A DNA stretch of 64,000 nt from positions 21,392,001-21,456,000 of the forward strand of contig NC_087437.1 of NCBI RefSeq assembly GCF_036321535.1, in the 5' to 3' direction. The position numbers and the translations under genes were made by a program. The stretch is from Camelus dromedarius (taxonomy: Eukaryota). This document shows, piece after piece, positions 54,481-64,000 of the stretch. How positions within the stretch are numbered: the first letter of the stretch is position 1; each line of letters starts with the position of its first letter. The notes under the pieces were generated by a model. It was not told the DNA's origin. It searched no databases and saw nothing but the letters and a program-made list of their open reading frames with translations.

Positions 54481-54590
54481 AGCAGCACGGTCAGCGCCGA
54501 TTGGCCCTCTGGATGAGTGACGTAAGGCGCCTCTCCCCACGGATTGGCCAGGCCGTCGGTGCGTGCAAGGAGTAAACAAACCCCGCCCCC
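54470..54590 (-). promoter_or_regulatory. TATA-less proximal promoter module: E2F-like TTTGGCGG (54470-54477), two CCAAT boxes (ATTGG 54500-54504, 54543-54547), CRE/ATF-like TGACGTAA (54518-54525), forkhead GTAAACA (54572-54578), GC box CCCCGCCCC (54581-54589)
   Basis: The motifs are read directly. Both CCAAT boxes are in sense orientation for the minus-strand gene. Factor binding is inferred. Confidence 0.65.
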
Positions 54591-55081
54591 AGGCTTCCCA
54601 AAGAGAGGAGGGGGCCGCGAGGTAAAGGAGTGGGGGCTTAGGCACTCTGCCCTACCCTGGGTTTTCCACCCGAGGTTCCCAGTAGGTACCCCGCAGCGAC
54701 CCCGTCACTTGGCTCCCCAGCCGCCTCTGGGGCAAGCTGCAGGCCTGAGGCCTAAAATTTATAGACACACCCTTTCCCCCTCCCTTTCCCCGGCTTGGGT
54801 GGGAATCTTGACTTTTCCATCCACCCCCATCCCCCAGACCCGAAGCAGGAAAACTCCCATCTCTCTTAGAAAAAAGGAGAACTAGGGCGGGTACATCTCT
54901 GTCCCCAGGCATTTGATGGGTCACCTCCAGGGGAAGCAAGCGTGGAGGGGGATGGGGACCGGTGACTGTGAGGCCACGTGGGGGACCAAGTGTGCAGTAC
55001 CCTGTAAATTATTCAGTGGGTTAGAGACCTCTGGGCATGCGGGTTCTTCAGTACACAGGCAAGTGAGACCCAAACCAGGCC

Positions 55082-55099
55082 AGGTCACCAGGTCACGTG
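55082..55099 (+). promoter_or_regulatory. Perfect DR2 nuclear-receptor element AGGTCA-cc-AGGTCA overlapping E-box CACGTG
   Basis: The sequence AGGTCACCAGGTCACGTG is read directly; function is untested. Confidence 0.4.
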
Positions 55100-55139
55100 G
55101 AAGCTGAAAAGAAAATCGCTGCTCACACCCCCAAATACC

Positions 55140-56910
55140 TGCCCATTTAGTTCAATATTAATAGATTTTGTCTATTACTTCTGTGCCTATCTTGTGTGAG
55201 CTTACGTTTTAGTGGGGTGGGAAAGACAATATGCAACAAAAATAAGCAAAATACAAACTGTGTTACATGCTGGTACCTACCATGGGGAAAAATCCGTCCG
55301 CGACGGTTTTTGAGGGATGGCTTGTCTTAAATAGAGTGCTCAGGGAAGGCGGCAGGAAAGGTGCTGTTCAAATAAATACCTGAAGGAGGTGGAGGAGGTG
55401 AGAGGAGGTGGGTGGACCTTTCTCTGGGGTAGAGTGAAGAGATAATTTCTGCATAAGTGTACATAGATAAAGTCCTAGTCAGGAATGCCCGATGCAGTCT
55501 CCTTGGACTGATTCTAAAATGCAAAATCCCCTATGGAGTCATCACCTTGCAGTTTCCAGTAACCAATCAATAGGATCTTATTTAATTTCCACAGAAATTT
55601 TAAGTTTCAATTCAACAAATAATTTTCGAACACTCTAGGCACAATGATACAAAAATGAGCAAAACAGACAAAACCTCCATCCCCAAGGAGCTCAGCCTAG
55701 CAGGAGAGATGGGTGGTACCATCCATCAGTACAATGTGTAAACAATCATAGTAGAAGCAGACACATAGCAGCACTTGGGCTATGGGGGAAGGGTGGTTGG
55801 TGGATGTTATTGAAGAGCTGTACCTCAGTATCTCTTTATCTATAAAGACAACTCTGCTGAATTTTGGAGTCAGGCTATGGCTATCGGGAATTGTGTAACC
55901 TCTTTGTCAGGTGAGAGTCTGAAGATAATATTAAGCCATGAGAAATTATGAATATTTGGTAGTTTTCATATGGCTCCATTTACTCACTTGTAGAGTTAAT
56001 ACGAGGATTTTGCTATGTGATGCAAAAAGTAACTGTTCAATAAATGATGGCAATTATGATGATTTGATAACACTGGTTTTAAAAAAAATGTTTTAAAAGT
56101 CAATATTTCACAGCACCTTCCAACACTGTGAAGTAAAATGGGCAGTGAAAGTTTTCCATATACTGGTTTAATCTAGCTGTGAATTTCCATGACCTAATCA
56201 GGGAATGCTGTAAAAGACACTAAATGCTGGTTTCACAGCAGGCCAAGAAATTCAGAATAAGGAACAGCTTGGTTTTGAAGCCAAAAACTGAAAATTCTCC
56301 AGAACGGAATAAATTGTCAAGTTGCTTCAGGGAGGAAAATTCATGTAAATCAATTTTTCATTCCCACTCACAGTTCCAATTTAGCAAATTTGCCTAACAG
56401 TCAGCTTTCTCCCTTCCTTCTCATTTCCCCCATTAAGGGATCTTATTTCCTTTGAAAAGGAAAAGAACGCTTCCACTATATCCAGTGCAAGAGAGTAGAT
56501 GTCTGAAACATGACAGAACACTTATTGATTCAGCAAACACTTATTAAGCACTTACTGTATGTGAACAACAGGGCGAGGCACTGGAAATACAGACATGAAT
56601 GTCCAAAGGGCTCCGTTCATGGGTAGTCCTTGGGCTTAGAACAATCCCCCAGTTTATCCACACCTCATCTACGTTTGCCTTCTCATCTAAGCTGAAAAAA
56701 AACTTCATCCAGAAAATCTTCGTCTGACTCCCCGTCTCCAGCTCTTTTCTCATAAAATTGTTTGTCTTTCTAACATTCATCAAACTTGTAATTTTCTTTT
56801 AGCGTCTGTAGCCTGTTAGACTGTAAGCTCCTTGAGATTCAGAGCTATGTCATCCTATTCACTTCAATATCCTCGGTGCTTAAGCTCAGTAAGTTTTTGT
56901 TGAATGGATG
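55140..56910. mobile_element. L2 and MIR fragments upstream of the promoter
   Basis: ttcaacaaataattttcg...ccccaaggagctcagcctag; gactgtaagctccttgag...gtttttgttgaatggatga. Confidence 0.6.
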
Positions 56911-57106
56911 AGAATGGCACAGCGCAGCACCATTGGAAAGAGGAGAGAGGCATAAATAAATACCCTACTTGTAAACATGTGGGCCAACAAAGGGACAGCC
57001 ATGAAAGAGACAGATCTGTACAGTTAAACCTGAGGAATTTCACTGTGCTGCTGTCTCCTGGTGCTGGGTGCTGCTTTCTGTAGGTGGAGCTACTGGACTC
57101 CTGGAC

Positions 57107-57268
57107 CAGTGCCTCTCAAACTTGAATGTGCACAGGAATCACTTGGAGATCTTACTAAAACTCAGACTCTGAATCAGCAGGTCTGAGGTGCGGTGTGGAG
57201 CCTCAATTTCCAACAGACTCCCAGCTGGTGTGGTGCTGCCCAGACCCCACACTTTAAGTCACAAGGTC
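57107..57268. mobile_element. hAT-Charlie MITE (MER5A-like)
   Basis: cagtgcctctcaaacttgaatgtgcacaggaatcacttggagatctt...ccacactttaagt. Confidence 0.8.
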
Positions 57269-57603
57269 CTCAGAGACACCTTATTAGCAACCCAGGGATC
57301 AGCAGTTGTCTCAACTTTTGGTAGTTGGAAATATGACTTTTTTTTTTTAAAGCATCCTGTTTTCACACCTAATCCATCCAGGGAGATAAAAGAAATAACA
57401 CTTATGAGAAAAAATGTGTTAAATCAAGGCCTGTCTTCCAGAGACAGTTTTATTATGTGCAGTTTAATCACATGAATAGGGCAGAGTGGAATCAAAGCCT
57501 TGGAATTTCCTCAGTGAGGGACACAACTTTCTCCAGAGTTCATTTCTGGAACGACTTGGTTCAGGCAGCAGAAGGATTTCACAGTCACCATTAATAAAAG
57601 TAA

Positions 57604-57850
57604 CCTCTAAATTGGGAGTTCAAGATTTGCAGATACTAACATATATAAAATAGATAAACAACAAGTTTATACTGTATAGCACAGGGAACCATATTCAGTA
57701 TCTTATACTAACTTATGGTGAAAAAGAATATGAAAATGAATATATGTATGTTCCTATATGACTGACGCATTGTGCTGTACACAAGAAATTGACACAATAT
57801 TGTAAACTGATTATACTTCAATAAAAAGTATTTTTCAAAAAATGAATAAA
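57604..57850 (+). mobile_element. Young L1 3' end
   Basis: Same tail as 605-1050; TSD aataaaagtaa at 57593-57603 and 57851-57861. Confidence 0.85.
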
Positions 57851-59029
57851 AATAAAAGTAAACTTTTTATCAAACCTAAAGTTCTTTGTATGACATATAT
57901 TTTATTCATTCTAAAAATATAAAGTCTATGAGAGATATAAAAATAATGATAAACTCTCACATACCAGCCTAAGAAACTGGAAATTAACACTGCTGGAGCC
58001 CCTACGTGTGCTTCTCTAACTTGGCCCTCTGCCTTTCCCTCCCCAAAACAACCCTATTCTAAATTATAATTTCCGTGGTTTCCTTTATAACTTTTGACAC
58101 ATATGTATGAAACTCCAAACACTCTATTTCTTGGTTTTGCATCTTTTTGAACTACATACCTTTGGGGTCAAACTTTATTACTTATATGCATTTTTTTTTT
58201 TTTTTGCTCAAAATTTTAAGACCTCTGTCTTAACAGCTGCAGTTCACTGATTTGCACTGATGTGAAAAATAAAAAAATGTACATAGTCCTTTACTTATTG
58301 GTAGGCATTCGGGTTTTCTATCTTTTTTTCTACTCTGCCATACACGTAAAAGTTGCCATAGAGTCAGCTATGTGCCACAGGTGAAGAGTCAAAATGTTTA
58401 ACAACTGGTAACACACAGATCTTGGCTTCTTCTCCTTCCCCACTCCCACTCTGAGAAAATTCTCACGTGCAGGTGGCTTATTCTGGAAAACGATTCCAAG
58501 GAGCAGGAGTAGGGGCTAGGAAGCATGAGACACAAAGGAGGAAAGACGAAGCCAAGGATATGTTACTGAGATGATAACTGCTGGAGGCCCCCGAGGCTGG
58601 ATGGTGCAGGGTAGTCTCCAAGGAGCTATGAAGAACACACCTCAGAATTGTCCACGTAAGGAACAAAAGAGGAGCGTTATTTATATACTGGCTCCCTTTC
58701 CCATTGCTTAAACATTACCCATTCAGTGCCAGCTCTCTAACTTCCAGGTTTGACCATGCTGGAAGATAACAAAATGGGTTCAAATGAGTATTCCCAGCAG
58801 GGAGGCTGAGAAATTCCAGCTCAGAAAACAAGAGATTTGGTAAAGTAAGGTGCTATCAGGTTTCACCTGGGCAGCTGACTGCTGCAACAACTGGAATAAA
58901 AAAGGTGGGCTAAGAGGATGTGAAGTGGGGCCAGAGGTGACCAAATGGTCAATAATTGAATAATCAATGGAGGACAGGCAACAGCTCCTGACAGAGAAGG
59001 CCATGACATCACTTCTGCAGTATTCCAAG

Positions 59030-59430
59030 AAAAATTAAGAACCTTAACCTAATCACAAGAAAATATCAGGTCAGTCCAAACCAAAGAACATTCTATAAAA
59101 TAACTGCCAGGGTTCTTAAAAAATGTGAAGGTCATGAGAGAAGACTAGGGAACTGTCATAGATTGGAAGAGACTAAGAAGACATGAAAATTAAATGCAAT
59201 GTTGGATCCTGGGTGGAATCCTGGACCAAAAAAGGACAACAGCTGGAAAACTATCAAAATTCAAATAAGGTCTGTGGATTCGTTTATACTACTGTTTCAA
59301 TGTGAATTTCTCAGTTTAAGTAATTATGTAAGATGTTAATTAGGAGAAGATGGGGAAATGGGGAACTCGGTGTACTACTTTTACAACTTTTCTGTAAGTC
59401 TAAAATTATTTCAAAATAAAAAGTTAAAAA
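59030..59430 (+). mobile_element. L1MC-type 3' fragment
   Basis: gaacattctataaaataactg...aacttttctgtaagtctaaaattatttcaaaataaaaagtt. Confidence 0.75.
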
Positions 59431-59741
59431 ACTAAATGCTGGAAATCAACTATTCTTTAATTTAAAAAAAACTCTATAAATACTGGGGATCTTATTCAAA
59501 TACAGATCCTGATTCAGTAAATCTGGAATGAAGCCTAAAGTTCTGCTTTTCTGAAAAGCACTCTGGTGACAGTGAGGCTACTGGTCTCCACAACATATTT
59601 AAGTAGCAAGGCCTTTTCCCTCCTGCTGTATTAAGGTGAAACTGACATACAATAAACCATGCATAAAGTAAGTAATTTGGTGAGTTTTGACATATGTATT
59701 CACCCATGAAACCACTGTCACAATCAAGATAATGAATTTAT

Positions 59742-60189
59742 TGTTGGCAGGCAATTCCGTGTGGCTCTCTCATTCCTGCTTGTCTTGTAAGCAGATCACT
59801 GAGGCCTCTGTCGCAAAACAGAGAGTGTCTCCCTCCAGAGTAGAGGGCAGTTTTGTTTCCTGTCCAATATAATAAAAAAAATTTCCTCTAGCTCAAGAAT
59901 CAGGCATCCTTACTTGCAGCCCATTACAAGAGGCTCAAGTTTCCTAAGCTTGATACTGCAAACCCACTGTGTGCACAGCATCAACCTGGACACTCACCAT
60001 AGGAGTAAAGAGGCAAAGAGAACCAGTGCAAATATGAAGATCATGATGTTTGCTACATCATGAGTAATAAAGACTTTAATCTCTGACCCAGGAGTTTCAT
60101 ATCTCCTGCCAGTAGCCATGGAACAGTGGGAGGCTAACTTGCTAGTTTCCAAGTAGAGTAAAATTACAAATTCTTCTCAGCTCTTGACA
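59742..60189 (+). mobile_element. ERVL-class LTR (LTR40-like), TG...CA termini
   Basis: Starts tgttggcaggcaattccgtgtggctctctc, has an internal agtaataaagactttaatctctgacccaggag, and ends ctcttgaca. Confidence 0.6.
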
Positions 60190-61879
60190 GTTTGGTTAAC
60201 GAAGCTGGGATGCCGACAGAGACAGGACTTTCTGGGAGAGACAGGACAATCCTGCAGGCTGGGTTAGAGGATGTGAGAGCTCCTTGGGATCTGGTGGTGA
60301 ATGCTCTTGCCCACGTGGTGGGTCGGGGGGAAGGGGAATTTAGTAAGTCTAAGGCATCTGCCTTAAAATCGTCACCACTTAATAGGTTGTTTCTTTTTCT
60401 AAATAGCAAAAAATCCACTAACACTCCCTGTCATCCCCATTTATTTTTCCTACAACTTCCTTTGCATGAGCCAGATTCTGTAAAAATGATTTTATAATAT
60501 TTAATGTAATTTATAGTCAGATAAATTTCAGAAAAGTCAGCTCCACGTATTTCCATAATGCCCCTTCCTTGTCCTCCTCATTGGACTATTACTTTGAACA
60601 AAAATCAAATCAAAGCCAAACCCCTTCCTTTCTCCTGATAACTGAATGTTTATCATCCTTCAAAATCCCTACTATGAAATGAAACCGTGGTTTCATTCTC
60701 TGCTTTGGTCAGGGAATGGGATCCAGATTGTCCAACTGAAGCCTCTACCACCATCGGGAGGTCGCTATATAAGTGTGTGAATGCAAAGCAACGAACAGAG
60801 AAACACATAATAAAGATGGCTTTAATACACATGTATCGATCAGTCATTCACTGTTTCATTATTGTTTCTCAAATCATTTTAATGATAATTTTCATAAGGG
60901 ATTTTAAACATCTGCTAGTTTAATTCCATCAAATTAGTATTTGAAATCATGTTTCCTCCAGTTATTTAACATTTTTCTAAACATTTAAATAGACAGTATA
61001 TTTTCACAACATATTGTATCATTCTTTTTCTTTTCCACCACAAAGAATTAACTCTCTTCTCTAGTAATTTCCTTTGTGAAAGAATGTAGAATATAGAATA
61101 AGCCTAAACAGGATCTAAAGAGGGAAGGTTACAGAAAACCTTTCTTCTCTAACCACACTAAGGCCCATTTTTTTTCCCCTTCCAGTTAAAAAGGAAACAC
61201 AAGCCCAAATATATCTTGAGTCAAACTCCAGTTAACATATGCTTATTTCTCTGTGACATTCTTGATGTGTAGAAACCCAAACAGGAAATAGTATTAAATG
61301 AGAATTTCTACGTAAAAAATTTTTAAAAACAAATCCAAAAGTTAAAGTAGACAAAAAGGGAAGGGGGAAATTCCCATACTTATGAAAAAGATTCCTTTTC
61401 TTCTGCATTCTAGATTTTATGTATAGATCTTGATGATGATTTACGAGGTTCTCAATGACTATTTAATAAAACTACAAAATACGTAAAGAATCTCAGAGAA
61501 ATATGATTGTAAACTTACTGATGCATATAAACTGGAATCTATATTAACTATTTTGCACAAATAGGAACATTTTGAATTCATTTCCCACAAAATCACCCTG
61601 AAATAGTTATACAAATCAGCTCATTTTAAATTAAAAATATTAGAACCATTATGATAGCTATGTACAAAACATATTTATACATTTTACTTACCATTCTAAG
61701 TAAAGGTATCTTTGAAACTTTTTGCTATGAGTACCACACTATATAATGAGTATGGAAGGAATATGAGAACTCTTAAGTTATGTTCAAATGTTATATACAT
61801 TTTGCCCAGAAAGATTTGAAAATGCTACTTAATGACTTCTCAAGTCACTGGGCTGATTTTTTTTTTAACTTTGTAAAAA

Positions 61880-62210
61880 AGATAGTACTTAAAAAAGGTA
61901 CAGCTCATCTAGCAAACAACCCAATTACCAAATGCACAAAAGATACGGACTTTTCACTGAAAAGTATAAACAGATGGCAAAAGACCACACAAAAAGATGT
62001 TCAACATCATTATTAATTATGCAAATTCAATCCACGATGAGAAAAACCACACACTTATCTCAGTGGCTCAAGTAAAAAATGCTGTCTGACAACATCTAAT
62101 GCTGGTGAGAATGTGGAGAAACTGGATCATTCTTTCGCACTGCTGGTGGGAATGTTACATGGTGCAGTTCCTCTGGAAAACTGCTTGGCAGCTTCTTGTA
62201 AAGATATGGC
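61880..62210 (+). mobile_element. Old L1M ORF2 3' fragment
   Basis: aaagatgttcaacatcatta...tgctggtgagaatgtggagaaactggatc...tgctggtgggaatgt. Confidence 0.75.
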
Positions 62211-63717
62211 TCATTTAAATTGGAAACCTTATTCATTTTCTAAACAAAATAGATACCTGTACAGACATAGCCATTTTATTTTAATAAACCAAAAGTAATG
62301 TAAAGTGGGGGAGGGGGGCGGACAGTGGAAACCAAGTAACAGAGAATTTCAGAAACATCTCATTCTGCAGGTTCCTGCCTCTAACATTGCCATTCCCAAG
62401 CTCATCTGTGCATCCCTCTAGGGACAAAGGTCCCCTGGGAATATGATGACTAAATAGCCAGTGACTGAGAATAGACGCTGGTACCAAAACAGTTATAGCT
62501 CTGAGGACCCAAAACTTAAGAAACCAATGTGATTCCTGAAGCCTCTTTAACTTCTTTGGGGTTACCCATTTAGCCTGGTTTTAACCAGACAACCTGGCTT
62601 TGGGTATACAAGATGATAACTCTGGGACCAGATAGTTCCAGGGTGTGTTTGGGATTTTAATTCTAATTGAGAACCATGCTATAAATTTCCCGAAGGAAAT
62701 AAGAATCCTCTGGGGTAGATTCAAGCCTTCTAGGCTTATCTCTGGGATGATCTGGAATTGCTTAAAGTTGAGGAACTCCAGCTATGTCTCCCCTCAAAGA
62801 ATTTTAAAATGATTGCCAAACTCCTGAGCTAGATTATTTTTAATTAAAGACTACTCATCAGCAGGAGTGCCTTGCAGAAGGGGCCATTTCTGAAGTATCT
62901 TCCCTCTAATACCAGAGTCTTTGGCATTCTTAAGATTCAGTCTGTTAGTCACATGCGGTCAAGTACACAAAACCTGTGAATGGAAAGGCGCCGGTTGTAC
63001 CTTAGAAAGTTAATATAACTATGTGTGTCTCCACACAAATACAGATACAAGTATACAAACATATGAAGAATTTTAAAATAAAAAAGTATTAGGCTTACAG
63101 TTCTTATAGCAAAGTAGTCCTTCTTAATCCAACAAAACACATTTTGCAAAAAGTGTAAGCTGCTCCCTATCCAAAAATGTATGTAACATCAATATGTAAG
63201 ATCAAAGATAAAAAGTATACGCAAAAAGAAAGTTGCACTTATAAACACAAAGTAAAAATTCATGCTACAAATATGAAGGCACAGAGTCAAGTTCTGCAGA
63301 AGTAGACACAGTTTCTGCTTTCAGGAAACTTCTAGTTTGGTGGAGGCTTGGACAGAGGCAGATAAAAGGAGTGATCATCTCCTTTGTTCAGAGATGGAAC
63401 AGAAACAAGAAGGCAGATCAAATCAAAGATGATCTGCAGACTACACTAATTCTATACTGAAATCATAAACTCACTCATTAAGGCCGCAGAGGATACAGAC
63501 CTGGGGGTGGGGGTGGGTGGATAAAAACAGCAGAAGACAATGACAACATGAGATTTTTTTTTCTTTACCTCATTAACCAGCAAAGTATGAAGCTCTATTT
63601 ATCTTAAGAGACTACCACTTCTTTTCTGCGAACAACCATTTCCTAGGCAGAGAGAAAAGGAGTATGATAGACAGTCTACATTCATTGAGTCTTCAATTTT
63701 CTTCCAACAGACTACAT

Positions 63718-63925
63718 CAGTGGTTCTCACCTGGGGCCACTGTCTCCCATGGGACATCTGACAGTGTTTGGAGACATTCTGAACCACCATAAGGAGAGGA
63801 ATGCTACCAGCAGCTAGCAGGTAGAGGTCAGGGATCTGCTAAACATCATCCTATAATGCACAGCACCCCAAAACAAAGAATTCTCTAGCCTCAGTTGTCA
63901 ATGATGCAGAGATTGAGAAACCATG
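63718..63925. mobile_element. hAT MITE (MER20-like)
   Basis: Termini cagtggttctca...tgagaaaccatg; internal tggagacatt, ggtagaggtcagggatctgctaaacatc. Confidence 0.85.
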
Positions 63926-64000
63926 TCATGGCTGGACATACAAAAATTTAAAAATCAGTTAAGTTTACAGTATAAAAGCAATTAGTACCACTCTAAGGAT

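Larger units (their letters stand above)
53860..54760. promoter_or_regulatory. TFDP2: CpG island / TFDP2 promoter
   Basis: The only strongly GC- and CpG-rich segment in an otherwise AT-rich, CpG-depleted window. Confidence 0.92.

Noticed and set aside
54118..54645. Minus-strand ORF spanning exon 1 as an N-terminal extension of DP-2
   Set aside because: After splicing to exon 2 it reads CGG ACG TTC TTT TAA and stops. The DP-2 frame also has a TGA five codons before the ATG.
53883..54885. Long overlapping ORFs (230, 175, 166 and 113 aa) on both strands
   Set aside because: These are Arg/Pro/Ala/Gly-rich frames with non-ATG starts, as expected from stop-codon scarcity in a CpG island. No domain is recognisable.
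1..64000. CRISPR array, operon or other novel multi-gene system
   Set aside because: The DNA is mammalian. Recurrent sequences are dispersed SINE and L1 copies, not regularly spaced repeats, and only one protein-coding gene is supported.

Overview
This is mammalian genomic DNA, very probably from a camelid, judging by nine tRNA-Ala(AGC)-derived SINEs that resemble the camelid Vic-1 family. The window holds the 5' end of TFDP2 (E2F dimerisation partner DP-2) on the minus strand. The CpG-island promoter and non-coding exon 1 lie at about 54.1-54.6 kb. Exon 2 (16253-16373) carries the start codon (MTAKN), and exon 3 (8576-8642) encodes VGLTSTNAELRGFIDQNLSPTKG. The gene continues past position 1. 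The rest is intronic or upstream sequence dense in L1, L2, L3/CR1, MIR, LTR and hAT relics, including about 17 kb of nested L1. None of the supplied ORFs looks like a real gene, and I see no novel multi-gene system. The most interesting signals are regulatory and untested. Exon 2 has an 11-codon uORF ending 1 nt before the start codon, an internal acceptor that would delete that uORF's ATG, and a duplicated in-frame 5' splice site. Intron 1 has a recursive-splice-like AG|GTATGT. Upstream of the promoter a perfect DR2 element overlaps an E-box. Repeat subfamily names and boundaries come from recalled consensus sequences, not from a RepeatMasker run.
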